Virus record (IMG/VR): IMGVR_UViG_3300046332_000238
Coordinates: 32,001 to 96,000 of that record
Length of the DNA stretch: 64,000 nucleotides
Direction: 5' to 3' (one strand)
Source of the DNA: a virus
This document shows, piece after piece, positions 37,584-47,928 of this stretch. Below the pieces are notes generated by a model that was not told the DNA's origin, did no database searches, and saw only the letters and a program-made list of their open reading frames with translations. The translations under genes and the position numbers were made by a program. Every line of letters starts with the position of its first letter. The stretch's first letter is position 1.

Positions 37584-39042
37584 ATACGACTCTAGTTGAA
37601 CCAACAATCATACGTTGGAATGTATCATCCTGATTTCTCACAGAAGGCATTGGTGTTTCTCTGGTTGGATTCTTTCGTTTATTTGCAACAACATTGTTAA
37701 CTAAACTTTGTTGTGACGTAGCAACATTTGCATCCAAATTCAATGACACATTTTCATTGATGACACTATTAAGTTTCTGACTCGTTGGCACGGGAGTAGG
37801 TGTTGTTAATGGAAAAGATTGAGTTGCAGTACCACCAGCACTTATAGGAGTAACAGGAGAAGTTCTTTCTACTTGTATTCCAGATTTTGATTGTGGTGCT
37901 GTGTTTGCGGGTGTTGCAGTATTAGTTGGTTGTGGAACAGGTGCTGCGGCCGCAGGTGTTGCTGTTTGCTTTTTTGCGGCCGCAATTGCATCCGATTGGT
38001 CAATCAGTACATTAGCTTCTTTACTAACAGCCTCCATCAACTGTTCTGGAGGCTCATTACCATTTTTATCCTCAAAAACATATTGTCCTTCCAGTTTATC
38101 ACCAAACCAACCAGTTTTATTAAATCTTTTGTAACCCCTTTTTTCCATTATTCGTGCAACAATATCTTGTTTTTCTTTTACAGCATCATCATAGTCTTTT
38201 TGTGCATTTGATTTTTCGAAAAGTTCATCCTCTTGGTCTTTCATTAGTATTTTTTTTGCTGCTAACGCTTTATTACCACCTAACAATTCTGTTTGTTTTC
38301 TTTCACCGGCACCAATCGAACTAGCTATAACATATGCTAAAGCGCCAGCTAATACTCCACCGGCAAGCAAAATACCAGCAGGTGATAACAAAAATGATAA
38401 AAACCAATTACCCGCAGTTGATAATAAACTCAATAATGGTTTTAAAATATTCTTCATATTCATCAGGTCAGAAAGTGAATCAAAAATACTTTCAAAGAAA
38501 CCTTTAGTCTGTTCTTTTTCTTGCACTAATGAAGCAGTACCACCAACCATACCCAAAGCTTTCAATAACTCTTTGTGACGTTTATCGTCCTCAAGTTTTC
38601 TTTCTTCCGCAAAGTTATTTTCTTTTTGTCTACGTTTCTTATCTTCTTCAGAAGTTTTTTTCAATAATCCGACAATACTAATCAGCACACTTTTCATACC
38701 AGAACTTTCTTGTTCTGATGGTGGTAAAGCAGATATCTTTTTATTCTTAGGATTTACATATTTTACACGACCCGCAAAGTTTTCAATATCTTGGCGACTA
38801 CGACCAGTAATTTTACCCAACAGTGCAGGACCAAGACGAGAACCACCAGTAAGAACTTTAGCAATGTTTAGTGGATCAAATTTTTCTTTGATGCCTTTCA
38901 TTTTTGCCTGAGTTTTTAATGAAATTGCTTTTTTAATACCAGAAAAAACTCCTGAACCTTGAATAATTTCATCAGACAACAAGGATGATAGTGACTGTTT
39001 TCTTATTGATCGTGCTTTTTGGTAGGATAAATTGTTGTCCAT
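37582..39042 (-). CDS. tape-measure/baseplate-hub (gp29-like) protein
   Basis: Helical, with a hydrophobic segment; downstream of gp26/gp51. Confidence 0.6.
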   Translation of the reverse strand: MDNNLSYQKARSIRKQSLSSLLSDEIIQGSGVFSGIKKAISLKTQAKMKGIKEKFDPLNIAKVLTGGSRLGPALLGKITGRSRQDIENFAGRVKYVNPKNKKISALPPSEQESSGMKSVLISIVGLLKKTSEEDKKRRQKENNFAEERKLEDDKRHKELLKALGMVGGTASLVQEKEQTKGFFESIFDSLSDLMNMKNILKPLLSLLSTAGNWFLSFLLSPAGILLAGGVLAGALAYVIASSIGAGERKQTELLGGNKALAAKKILMKDQEDELFEKSNAQKDYDDAVKEKQDIVARIMEKRGYKRFNKTGWFGDKLEGQYVFEDKNGNEPPEQLMEAVSKEANVLIDQSDAIAAAKKQTATPAAAAPVPQPTNTATPANTAPQSKSGIQVERTSPVTPISAGGTATQSFPLTTPTPVPTSQKLNSVINENVSLNLDANVATSQQSLVNNVVANKRKNPTRETPMPSVRNQDDTFQRMIVGSTRVV

Positions 39043-40661
39043 TACTTTGCCCTTTGTGCTCTTATCATAGCATTAGTGTCATCTTCTTTTTTGACATTCT
39101 TTTTTGTTGTATCTGATGAATTATCAATTGCTATATTGTTTGCTGTGTTTTTTTGTTGTTGTGCATTTAATGCTTTTTTGGCATCAGCAGATAATTTTGA
39201 ACCCGAATCTATTGTTTGGCCAGAATTGTTGCCGCTTGGTATGCCCTGTGGTGTATTCGAACCAGATTTTAAATTTCTTTCTCGGTCAATATCAAGAGCT
39301 TTGCCAATTTCTTCTGGAGAATTATGTGCCTTGTTGCCACCAATTCCAGAATAAAGTGATTCGCCCCTTTTCAAATTTGTTTTTGGTAATTTTTTACCAA
39401 TAGATCCTTGTTTTATATCATATGGCACTCCAATAGATGAGAACTCTTTGGCTAGTTCTAATATAGCAGCATCTCGCGTTACATTATTTCGGCCATGCAA
39501 ATAATCATCCACAAGTTTTCTTTTTCTTTTTATTATACCCTCTGAGAACAAATAGTCTTGAGTCTCTGGTGTCAAGTAAGTGGTTTTTGGATCTATTTTT
39601 AATTTTTTTACCAATTCCAACATAGTTGGTGGAATTATTTGATAACGGCCAATAGTGAACACTGTGGTTGGTCCACCAGGTTTTAGATTTGGATTACCTT
39701 CTGGAAATTGTTTAGTTTTAGCAGCGTGATTCAAATAATCTGATATTGTCCATTTCGAAAAATTAATAGGTTCATTAGCAGGAATCATTTTATTATTGAT
39801 GGTTCCCCTATTATACGCATTATATTCATTACCATCAAAAGATTTACCAGCAGAAGATTTACTTTCAAATAAAGCAATTCTTTCTGCGGTGCTACGACTG
39901 GATGCCAATGCTGCGTTGCCAGCAGTAACCAATGCAGCACCCACAGCAACTTTGGCTGCGGTTGCTGCTGCTGATCCAGCACCTGGTGCCACTGGTGGAA
40001 TTACCGGTGCACCAGGAACTGCCGGCGGTGCTGGCGGCGCTGGTGGTTTTGGTGCTGGCGGCGCCGGTGGTTTTGCTGGAGTACCAGCTGGCGGTTTTGC
40101 TGGCGGTTTCGCTGGAGTACCACCAGGTGGTTTCGCTGGAGTGCCACCAGGTGGTTTCGCTGGAGTGCCACCAGGTGGTTTCGCTGGAGTGCCACCAGGT
40201 GGTTTCGCTGGAGTGCCACCAGGTGGTTTCGCTGGAGTGCCACCAGTACCGCCAGGTTTTGCTGGAGTACCACCAGTACCACCAGGTTTTGCTGGAGTAC
40301 CACCAGGTTTTGCTTGTGCTGGTGCTTGTTGTGCAGGTGTTTTTTGACCTGGTTTTGAACCTTTTGTTTTCTTACCAGTCAATGCTTGTATTATTTCTTG
40401 ATTGCGATTATCTTTTTCTTTCTGTTCTTCTTTGAAGTAATTCTGTTTTTCTTGTATTTCAAGTTTTTTTGCAACTTCAGACTTGACCATCATTTTGTAT
40501 ATCGTACCCAAAATTTCTGGATTACTTGAGTCACTCAAGTCAGTCATTGATGAATCGCCACCAAATAGTTTAGATACAAGTGAACGTGTTTTTTCAACAC
40601 CACGAGATAATAGACTACTCGTGGTGCCTTTAGTTTGTTCAGATAATTCTGGTTTTGCCAT
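39042..40661 (-). CDS. gp29-like hub/tape-measure protein with Pro-rich repeats and a lysozyme-like domain
   Basis: FES...YNAYN.G, GRYQI.P.T, PETQD and LAKEFSS motifs; PAKPPGGT repeats. Confidence 0.7.
   Translation of the reverse strand: MAKPELSEQTKGTTSSLLSRGVEKTRSLVSKLFGGDSSMTDLSDSSNPEILGTIYKMMVKSEVAKKLEIQEKQNYFKEEQKEKDNRNQEIIQALTGKKTKGSKPGQKTPAQQAPAQAKPGGTPAKPGGTGGTPAKPGGTGGTPAKPPGGTPAKPPGGTPAKPPGGTPAKPPGGTPAKPPGGTPAKPPAKPPAGTPAKPPAPPAPKPPAPPAPPAVPGAPVIPPVAPGAGSAAATAAKVAVGAALVTAGNAALASSRSTAERIALFESKSSAGKSFDGNEYNAYNRGTINNKMIPANEPINFSKWTISDYLNHAAKTKQFPEGNPNLKPGGPTTVFTIGRYQIIPPTMLELVKKLKIDPKTTYLTPETQDYLFSEGIIKRKRKLVDDYLHGRNNVTRDAAILELAKEFSSIGVPYDIKQGSIGKKLPKTNLKRGESLYSGIGGNKAHNSPEEIGKALDIDRERNLKSGSNTPQGIPSGNNSGQTIDSGSKLSADAKKALNAQQQKNTANNIAIDNSSDTTKKNVKKEDDTNAMIRAQRAK
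40070..40313 (-). repeat. coding tandem repeat (24-bp unit, TPAKPPGG)
   Basis: About five near-identical GGTTTCGCTGGAGTGCCACCAGGT units plus degenerate copies. Confidence 0.95.
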
Positions 40662-40849
40662 TAGGTTCTCATTCGTTCTTTGATTTTCTGATTTTCTTCC
40701 TCAATATACTGAACTAACATAGCAACATATACATCCCTTTCCCACGGCATCATATTGTCCAATTCAGTCAGACTATACTTGTGGTGTTGCATCATCGAGA
40801 AATTCGTCTTATAATGATTTCTCAGATTGTCGTGGCGAAAGGTTATACG
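40661..40849 (-). CDS. 51: gp51-like hub assembly protein (first ATG at 40795; frame open back to the end of gp26)
   Basis: NF.MMQHHKYSL.EL.NMMPWER..Y motif. Confidence 0.85.
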   Translation of the reverse strand, partial: RITFRHDNLRNHYKTNFSMMQHHKYSLTELDNMMPWERDVYVAMLVQYIEEENQKIKERMRT

Positions 40850-41568
40850 AAAAAACTTTCCAATCCCTCCACGTTAATCGTGTGATGGAATCCACATTTC
40901 TTGCAATCCATTTCGACTGTTTCTTTTAACTTTGGTAAGTTATTAAAGAATGCTTCAACTTTACTGAATTGTTCTTGGTTCATAGTCTCAACAAAATCGA
41001 CCATTTCTTCTACTGGTGTTTCTTTACCGTAGTAGAATTGTTCGCCATCGTAAATGTATTCGATACTCTGTGCAATCATATTAAATGTAATATCTGTAAT
41101 ATCATCATACTTGATGGAATCTTTTACGATACCAAATTCTGGGTACTTCATTTTGACCATTAATTTATCAGTCAATTGAATCTCTGGTGAGATTGATTCA
41201 TCCATCTTTACTTTAATCTCTAACAGATTAATTTGTTTTTCCATGATATTACCACACTCAACATCATCAACCTCATTATTACAACGATAACGCGAATCGA
41301 TTGTTTCTCCTACCGACTTTGCACGAAGGTTGATGAAGTAATATTCAATATCAATAATAGGTAATGTATCAATGTCCACATTTTCTGTTAGTGTACAGTT
41401 GTATAGAATATCATGAATAGACTGGTGAATGGAACCGGAATCACTTGACTCCATTGCCATTAACAGATTTCTCTGTTCTTTCACCAAGAATGGTCTAAAT
41501 TTAATTTTCTTTTTCGATACTGGTAGTTCTAGTTCATATGTTGGCACATCAATTTTTGGTAAAGCCAT
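40843..41568 (-). CDS. 26: baseplate hub assembly protein gp26
   Basis: MALPK...P.Y.L.LP, RPFLVKE, LRAKSVGE and C..CG......EGL..FF motifs. Confidence 0.92.
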   Translation of the reverse strand: MALPKIDVPTYELELPVSKKKIKFRPFLVKEQRNLLMAMESSDSGSIHQSIHDILYNCTLTENVDIDTLPIIDIEYYFINLRAKSVGETIDSRYRCNNEVDDVECGNIMEKQINLLEIKVKMDESISPEIQLTDKLMVKMKYPEFGIVKDSIKYDDITDITFNMIAQSIEYIYDGEQFYYGKETPVEEMVDFVETMNQEQFSKVEAFFNNLPKLKETVEMDCKKCGFHHTINVEGLESFFV

Positions 41569-41594
41569 AATAACTCCTGAATTACATTAATTAA

Positions 41595-42113
41595 TCAAAA
41601 TAACGGGAACGAAAAGTCTCTTTCCCAACGAGTATAAGCAAATGTTACAGATAATTTATGATAACTGTCGGTACTCCAATCCAAATCCAATTGGTTCATT
41701 GACACTGGATATGCATCAATTAGTTTAACAGAGTATGCTGGACGGTTTGTTACATCATATTGTGTGATTATTATGTCAGCCACATAATCACTCTTATAAC
41801 CAAAGTTGTTAGTATTTGTTGGATTGATACGTTCGAACCATCTATCAAAAAATACCTTTTGAGCCATATCGTCTGTAACCATAAACGTCAGATCAACATC
41901 ACTGTATGTCATCAAGTAAGGAAACTTTTCAATTGGACCATATGTTCTTTGTTCTGTGGTCGCCAATGTTTTACCTGGCAATTGAGCAGATTCGCAACGA
42001 TACAACAAACTATATGATCCACCAAATTTTGGATAAATCTGTACATCAAATCGACTCGGTCTTGATAAGTCGGTTTGGAAACTAGATTTAAAACTTTGTA
42101 TGCTTCCTGGCAT
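41595..42113 (-). CDS. 54: gp19/gp54-family tail tube initiator
   Basis: RP.RF.V, C....LPG, AYP......LDW and V.FAY..W motifs. Confidence 0.75.
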   Translation of the reverse strand: MPGSIQSFKSSFQTDLSRPSRFDVQIYPKFGGSYSLLYRCESAQLPGKTLATTEQRTYGPIEKFPYLMTYSDVDLTFMVTDDMAQKVFFDRWFERINPTNTNNFGYKSDYVADIIITQYDVTNRPAYSVKLIDAYPVSMNQLDLDWSTDSYHKLSVTFAYTRWERDFSFPLF

Positions 42114-42737
42114 TTAGGAATTCCTTATTTCTTCTACTGATTCTTGCCATACCTGATTAGGAGTGGCACCTTTGAATTGTTGAACTGGTATATGAATGGC
42201 AATATCCCATTCTTCAGGTAAAACGGCAAGAATTCTGGATTTCACATGGGGATACAAATAACGTTTGATGCAAGGTCTGAACTCTTTAAATCGTTTTGAC
42301 GCCTCTAGGATGTCATAGGTGATGCGGATACGCTTAATTTCATCATCATCATCATTTAAGATTGCAAGTGCCATCAACTTTCGCATGAATGCCACTCTAT
42401 ATTTAAGTGGCAGATAATGTAGGTTGAGTCCTAGGAAACCATCATCATATCTCTGTAATGGCATAACCAGAGGAAACCTGTCATAATATGGCAAGTCATG
42501 TTTACCTTTTGGATCATATACAAAGAAGTACAATGCACCAATTAAGAACTTTTGTCGATTAAAAGGACTAGTATATCGACTTTTTTCTTTGGTTAATGGT
42601 ATTGCAAGTCTACTTGGATTTCTCAATTCTGCAATCTTTTTGGTTAACCAAAGAATCGATTCTCGACCCATGGTTTTCAAGTTGGCAGCAGATTTCTCGC
42701 CAGATAGTGATGTTAAGATTGATGGTTTTATAGTCAT
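42114..42737 (-). CDS. 2: DNA end protector gp2
   Basis: YDPK.K..LPYYD.FPL, GLNLHYL and PC.KRYL motifs. Confidence 0.93.
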   Translation of the reverse strand: MTIKPSILTSLSGEKSAANLKTMGRESILWLTKKIAELRNPSRLAIPLTKEKSRYTSPFNRQKFLIGALYFFVYDPKGKHDLPYYDRFPLVMPLQRYDDGFLGLNLHYLPLKYRVAFMRKLMALAILNDDDDEIKRIRITYDILEASKRFKEFRPCIKRYLYPHVKSRILAVLPEEWDIAIHIPVQQFKGATPNQVWQESVEEIRNS

Positions 42738-42760
42738 GGTGTATTTAGTTATAGACCTAA

Positions 42761-43225
42761 GTGATAAATATGGGACACAAACAACAATTTCTACAAGATA
42801 TTATGTATTCATTCACCATAACAACAAAAGAATTTGAAAGGATGAACAATTGTTTGTCTCTATTTTTAGACATAGACTGTCATAATATTGAATATAAAAA
42901 CACTACTTTTTATACAAAATCGTCAGGTGCGACAAAGGGCACAACAGGATACAAATACACCGAACAACAAAGAAAAAATATAAGCGATAGCCTAAAAGGA
43001 AAATCGAGTTCATGGTTAGGGAAAAAACATTCAGAAGAAACAAAAAATAAAATATCTGAACAAAAAAAAGGCAAAAAACTTTCTGAAGAAACTAAACAAA
43101 AAATGAAACTGGATGGTAGACAAGGACGTAAACACTCAGAAGAAACAAAAGAAAAAATGAAACAATTGGCATTAATACGAGAAGAATCTAAAAGGAATCT
43201 AAAAAATCAAACTTTAGGTAATTGA
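42761..43225 (+). CDS. NUMOD3-repeat protein with no recognisable nuclease domain (start uncertain)
   Basis: Repeated GKKHSEETK.K units. Confidence 0.7.
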   Translation: MINMGHKQQFLQDIMYSFTITTKEFERMNNCLSLFLDIDCHNIEYKNTTFYTKSSGATKGTTGYKYTEQQRKNISDSLKGKSSSWLGKKHSEETKNKISEQKKGKKLSEETKQKMKLDGRQGRKHSEETKEKMKQLALIREESKRNLKNQTLGN

Positions 43226-43656
43226 TCTTCAGTAAAAATAACAAATTCCCATCCTCGATCCAAGCAATATTCTCTTGCGTGCTTCCATTTTGATTGATTT
43301 ACTCCCCATGTCGTTACTTCTGTGATATATTGTTTTGTGATTCGTTTCTTCACTTCTGGTTGAACCGTCTGTTTTTTTGGTTTAACTTCTATCATCCAAG
43401 TTTTTAATAAACCATTTTTGTCTTTTACTTTTATGACAAAATCGGGAAAATAACGATGTCTATGTCCATCAACAGGAGATATATATGGTACAATAATTTC
43501 TTCACTGGACCACTCAACAACCCAACTTTCTGTATCAAATTTATGCATAAATCTAGCTTCCCAACTGGAACGGTAGATGATATTTGTATGGTCACCCATG
43601 TATTTTTGGGGGTTGGATGGTGTAAATACACCTTTATATGCTTTTGAATATGCCAT
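43207..43656 (-). CDS. 4: head completion nuclease gp4
   Basis: YRSSWE, WSSEE, RYFPDF, IEVKP and NQSKW motifs. Confidence 0.95.
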   Translation of the reverse strand: MAYSKAYKGVFTPSNPQKYMGDHTNIIYRSSWEARFMHKFDTESWVVEWSSEEIIVPYISPVDGHRHRYFPDFVIKVKDKNGLLKTWMIEVKPKKQTVQPEVKKRITKQYITEVTTWGVNQSKWKHAREYCLDRGWEFVIFTEDQLPKV

Positions 43657-43694
43657 AAATACTATGTATAACTTTTAAAAAAATGAAGGAAAAA

Positions 43695-44714
43695 ATGGCA
43701 GAAATTACGATTGGTCAAACTTCTGGAGTATCTGGGCCAACTGCGCCACTATTTATTAGTCCATATGATACGAAATACCTACAGTATCCAAGAGATTTGG
43801 CTACAACACCAAAACTACACTCTGTTAATTTTAGAGCATACGCCATTGAAGCAAAAGCACTATCCGACGCGGTTCAATCATTACGCGAACCATTAACACA
43901 ACTATCCAACATAACTACTGGTGATGCTGTTAATGCCGCTGCTGGTGTTGCTCAAGCAACTGTAAACGGAACAATTGCTGTAGTTAATGGTGGTTCTTCA
44001 TTGCCGGATATAACAGTCAATTCAGTAATAAATGGATTACAGAGTGGTGTTGATAGTGCCGCAGAATCAGGAATTAAAATTAATAGTGCTATTAATAGTT
44101 TAAACAAAATTAGTCGCTCAACAATTGCCAAAGACAGTATAACATTATATATGCCAGAGAATGTACAATTCTCATATGCGGCACAATATGGCAATTTAAG
44201 TATTGCTGAAGCATTAGAGTCTGTTCCATTGGTTAAAGGCGTCGCAAAAGCAATCACATCAACAATCGGCAAAGAAGGAAATGCAGCAGCCAGATTGCTA
44301 TTAAATGCAGCAGGTTATGTTTTTAACCCACAACAACAAGTATTATTTGAGGGTATTGACTTCAGAGAATATAGCATGACCTTCACTTTTACTCCATTTA
44401 ACAAACAAGAATCTGATGAAGTTGCACAGATCATCAAATCATTCAGAAAAAATGCTGCACCAACAATAGTAAAAGCTACTGGCGGTTTCTTTTTTAATCC
44501 ACCAGCGGTTTTTGATATAACATATCTGTTCAATAGTGCTCTTAATAATAATATAAGTCAAGTAAAACGTAGTGTGTTGAAGAATGTTGATGTTAATTAT
44601 GCACCAAATGGTTGGGCAACACACGAAGATGGTTCACCAGTACAAATAGTTATGTCATTAAACTTCCAAGAAATAGAATTGGTTGATAGTGCAGACATTG
44701 AGAACGGTTACTAA
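43695..44714 (+). CDS. 48: baseplate tail-tube cap gp48
   Basis: YP.DL, NP....LF.G..FR...F.F.P and F.E.E motifs; synteny. Confidence 0.85.
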   Translation: MAEITIGQTSGVSGPTAPLFISPYDTKYLQYPRDLATTPKLHSVNFRAYAIEAKALSDAVQSLREPLTQLSNITTGDAVNAAAGVAQATVNGTIAVVNGGSSLPDITVNSVINGLQSGVDSAAESGIKINSAINSLNKISRSTIAKDSITLYMPENVQFSYAAQYGNLSIAEALESVPLVKGVAKAITSTIGKEGNAAARLLLNAAGYVFNPQQQVLFEGIDFREYSMTFTFTPFNKQESDEVAQIIKSFRKNAAPTIVKATGGFFFNPPAVFDITYLFNSALNNNISQVKRSVLKNVDVNYAPNGWATHEDGSPVQIVMSLNFQEIELVDSADIENGY

Positions 44715-44715
44715 T

Positions 44716-45309
44716 ATGAATTACTTTAAATCTTTACCTAAAATTTTAATTATAGATGGCAATACATCAATAGTTGCCACAAATTTAATGGCTCGTGCCA
44801 GTATTATTGCTGATCTGTTAAAGAATCCGTTGTTGCTTTATTCATATGATATACAAGATACGGATACACCAGAAATTATTGCACACAAATATTATGGTGA
44901 TGTTGAACGATATTGGTTGGTCATGTTTGCAAACCAATTATTAGATCCACAATGGGATTGGCCAATGAATGGTCGAGTATTTTCTGACTTTTTGGATAAA
45001 AAATATACACCAGAAACTTTGGTTGATGCACATCACTATGAAAAGATTATTACACAAACAGATTCTGGTACCAATACAGTAACTACCGAAACAATTATAA
45101 TAGATTCTAACACATATTCAAGTTTAACACCTTCCATCACATCATATACTTTACCAACGGGTATTGTAACCGTTGATGTATCCAAACGCATTGTTGACAA
45201 CTATACATATGAAGTCGAAACAAACGAATCAAAACGTAATATTAAATTATTAAACAAGGTATATGCATCACAGATGGAAGATCAGTTAAACACATTGATG
45301 AGAAAATAA
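44716..45309 (+). CDS. 53: baseplate wedge gp53
   Basis: YF..LP, PE.IA.KYYGD...YW and NE.KR.IKLL motifs. Confidence 0.9.
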   Translation: MNYFKSLPKILIIDGNTSIVATNLMARASIIADLLKNPLLLYSYDIQDTDTPEIIAHKYYGDVERYWLVMFANQLLDPQWDWPMNGRVFSDFLDKKYTPETLVDAHHYEKIITQTDSGTNTVTTETIIIDSNTYSSLTPSITSYTLPTGIVTVDVSKRIVDNYTYEVETNESKRNIKLLNKVYASQMEDQLNTLMRK

Positions 45310-45310
45310 T

Positions 45311-46684
45311 ATGAGTGACAATGCAAACTCACCAAGTGAAAAATATTTTAATGCACAAGACGCAAGTGTAGATAAATTAAAAATAACCACAGCAAGTGGA
45401 CAAGTAATTGATGTAAAATATCTTTTAATTGAATTGTCATATTATGAAGATATTTACAATTTTGTGACTTCAGGATATATGTTATTGAGAGATGCTGTTG
45501 GTCTAATCGAAAAATACCAATTAACCGGCAGAGAAACTGTTGAATTGAGTTTTGGTAAAGTTTCTGATATCAATAGAAAATCACAAACATTCCGACTTTA
45601 TTCAATACCAACGAAGAATCCAGTTGGTAATCTGACTAGTGAATTTATAAAATTGCATTTTTGTTCTGAAGAATTACTGTTGTCTGAACAAACCAAAGTC
45701 ACTCAAGCATTTCGTGGCACCAAAATATCAGACATTATTCGAAGTGTATTGGTAAATAATTTAAAAGTGGACGCAAAAATTAAACCACTCATTATTCAAG
45801 ACACAACAGGTGTGTATGATTTTAATATACCAACAATAAATCCACTAGAAACAATCAGTTGGTTGTCCACATATGCAAGACCAGCGGCAAATGGACTCAT
45901 TGGTGCAGATATGTTGTTTTTTGAAACAAAGAATGGTTTCAATTTCAAGTCATTAGGTACGTTGTATTCTGAACCCATCTATAAGACATATAAATATCAG
46001 TTGCAAAATATTGTTGATATTGATGACCCAGCATCTCAGAGTGTTGTATCAATATTAGACTATGAATTTATAAGAACATTTGATAATTTGAATGATATAT
46101 CATCAGGTACTTTTTCAAATAGACTAATTTCTATTGATCCACTGACAAGAACAAGAACAGTTACAGATTTTGATTACTCGAAATACAAAGGTGCATCATT
46201 AAATGAGGGTAGTGTTTTAAATACCAATCAAAATAGATTGGGCAAGACACAGAGCCAATCATATGAAGGCACACTAAAATTAGCAGTTGGTAATTCAAAT
46301 CAAACCACAAATAAAAACATAGAATCCGGTACAATAAAACCTGGTTCAGTAGGCAAAGACATTTTTATCGAAACATTTGTACCAAACAGAACATCACAAA
46401 TATCTCTAGCAAACCACACACTAGTCAAGATTAAGATACCAGGTGATGCCGGTATTACTGCTGGGCGAACAGTCGATTTTAATTTACAATCAATTGCCAA
46501 TAGTGGAACAGGACAATTAGATCAACTATATTCAGGTAAATATTTGGTAACTGCTGTGCGACACATATTGCAATCACAAGGTGTTTTTCAAACCGTGTTA
46601 GAATTAGCAAAAGATAGTACACCAGTACAAGTAGGTTCATTCAAATATAATGATGGAGTACCACAACAAGGAACATTTGCATGA
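45311..46684 (+). CDS. baseplate hub protein (gp27-like)
   Basis: YEDI, FFET..G..F.S, IPGD and SGKYLVT.VRH motifs; lies before gp5. Confidence 0.75.
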   Translation: MSDNANSPSEKYFNAQDASVDKLKITTASGQVIDVKYLLIELSYYEDIYNFVTSGYMLLRDAVGLIEKYQLTGRETVELSFGKVSDINRKSQTFRLYSIPTKNPVGNLTSEFIKLHFCSEELLLSEQTKVTQAFRGTKISDIIRSVLVNNLKVDAKIKPLIIQDTTGVYDFNIPTINPLETISWLSTYARPAANGLIGADMLFFETKNGFNFKSLGTLYSEPIYKTYKYQLQNIVDIDDPASQSVVSILDYEFIRTFDNLNDISSGTFSNRLISIDPLTRTRTVTDFDYSKYKGASLNEGSVLNTNQNRLGKTQSQSYEGTLKLAVGNSNQTTNKNIESGTIKPGSVGKDIFIETFVPNRTSQISLANHTLVKIKIPGDAGITAGRTVDFNLQSIANSGTGQLDQLYSGKYLVTAVRHILQSQGVFQTVLELAKDSTPVQVGSFKYNDGVPQQGTFA

Positions 46685-47001
46685 TGAATAATTTTTTAGG
46701 TAAAGATAACTTTATCTGGTGGGTAGGTTCAATTGAAGATAGAATGGATCCATTAGGTCTTGGTCGATGTAAAGTTCGTATATTTGGATGGTATGATGAT
46801 GGTAATCCAGATTCAATATCAAAAATAAAAACAGTTGATCTGCCATGGGCGTTGCCTTTACTTCCATTGAACAATTCGAGATCATTTTCTGCACCAGAAA
46901 TTGGTGATTGGGTTATGGGTTTCTTTTTTGACGGTGAAGCAGGTCAATTTCCAGTGATGATGGGTGTTTTACCTGGTTTTACTGCACCAAAGACACAATA
47001 A
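46681..47001 (+). CDS. 5: gp5 N-terminal OB-fold domain as a separate ORF
   Basis: W.G.IEDR.DPL.LGR.KVRI.G, LPWA and G.WV.GFF.DG...Q.P motifs. Confidence 0.9.
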   Translation: MMNNFLGKDNFIWWVGSIEDRMDPLGLGRCKVRIFGWYDDGNPDSISKIKTVDLPWALPLLPLNNSRSFSAPEIGDWVMGFFFDGEAGQFPVMMGVLPGFTAPKTQ

Positions 47002-47010
47002 GGATTCAAA

Positions 47011-47916
47011 ATGACAAATGAAACATCGGTCAATTTAGGTAGTTTTGGTTCATTAAATTTCACAGTTAAAGAGAATTTACCACCAAATTCACCGTTTGGT
47101 ACTTTGTTGAACAAAGTTGGTGTTCAAACAACACCTCCATTAGCACGAGGTTATGTAACAAACTCTGCTATCGATTTACTCAATGGCAATCTGGCACATG
47201 TATGTGACTTTAAATTTATTGTAAATTTTGACATAATGGGTTCATTAGGATTAATTAACCCTATCGATGCATTACAAAAAGCCATTCGTAATGCAAAATT
47301 AGCCGCTGCATCTAGATTGCGTTTGTTATTACAAGATGTAATTGCAGCATTTCGTGCAGCTGCTGATGCCATTACACAAGCAATGTCTTTGGACCCAAGT
47401 GGAACTCTTTCCTTCTATTGGTCACAAGGCAAAGATATCATATCAAAAATTAATGACGTTATAGAATTTATTGCAGAGAAGGTCGAATTGGTATTAACAG
47501 AAGTATTTTTTGCAAAAATGATCTTGGAACTGATTGAGTGGATTAAAAGTCTACCTGAAAAAGTTAAGAATTTGTTACTATCTTGTTTAAATAATTTTAC
47601 CAGTTCAATAAAACAATTAGCCTCCTCATTAAAATCTATACCAGATCAAATTGTTAACCTAACAACATCACAGATTCAGGCGATTGCAAATGAATTTACT
47701 GCAATATCTCAAACTACTGTTGACGATTTAACGAGTAGTCAAGGCACAAATACACCACAAGTGATTAGTGAAATATTTAATTCACCTGGCAGTACGGCAA
47801 CAAACACACCAAGTATTGTTACTGCTGTGCAAGATTTTATAACTACAAATGTGCCTTCAACTGAAAAGATTGAAGGTCAAAAATTTCCGACAGTCAGTGG
47901 AAGCAATTCACCTTAA
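47011..47916 (+). CDS. helical hypothetical protein between the two gp5 parts
   Basis: 301 aa with RBS. Confidence 0.75.
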   Translation: MTNETSVNLGSFGSLNFTVKENLPPNSPFGTLLNKVGVQTTPPLARGYVTNSAIDLLNGNLAHVCDFKFIVNFDIMGSLGLINPIDALQKAIRNAKLAAASRLRLLLQDVIAAFRAAADAITQAMSLDPSGTLSFYWSQGKDIISKINDVIEFIAEKVELVLTEVFFAKMILELIEWIKSLPEKVKNLLLSCLNNFTSSIKQLASSLKSIPDQIVNLTTSQIQAIANEFTAISQTTVDDLTSSQGTNTPQVISEIFNSPGSTATNTPSIVTAVQDFITTNVPSTEKIEGQKFPTVSGSNSP

Positions 47917-47928
47917 TAGGATTACATA

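Noticed and set aside
39796-40435. Alternative-frame ORFs with VPPGGFAG, LECHQVVS or LQRNHLVA repeats
   Set aside because: Shadows of the 24-bp coding repeat in the minus-strand gene.
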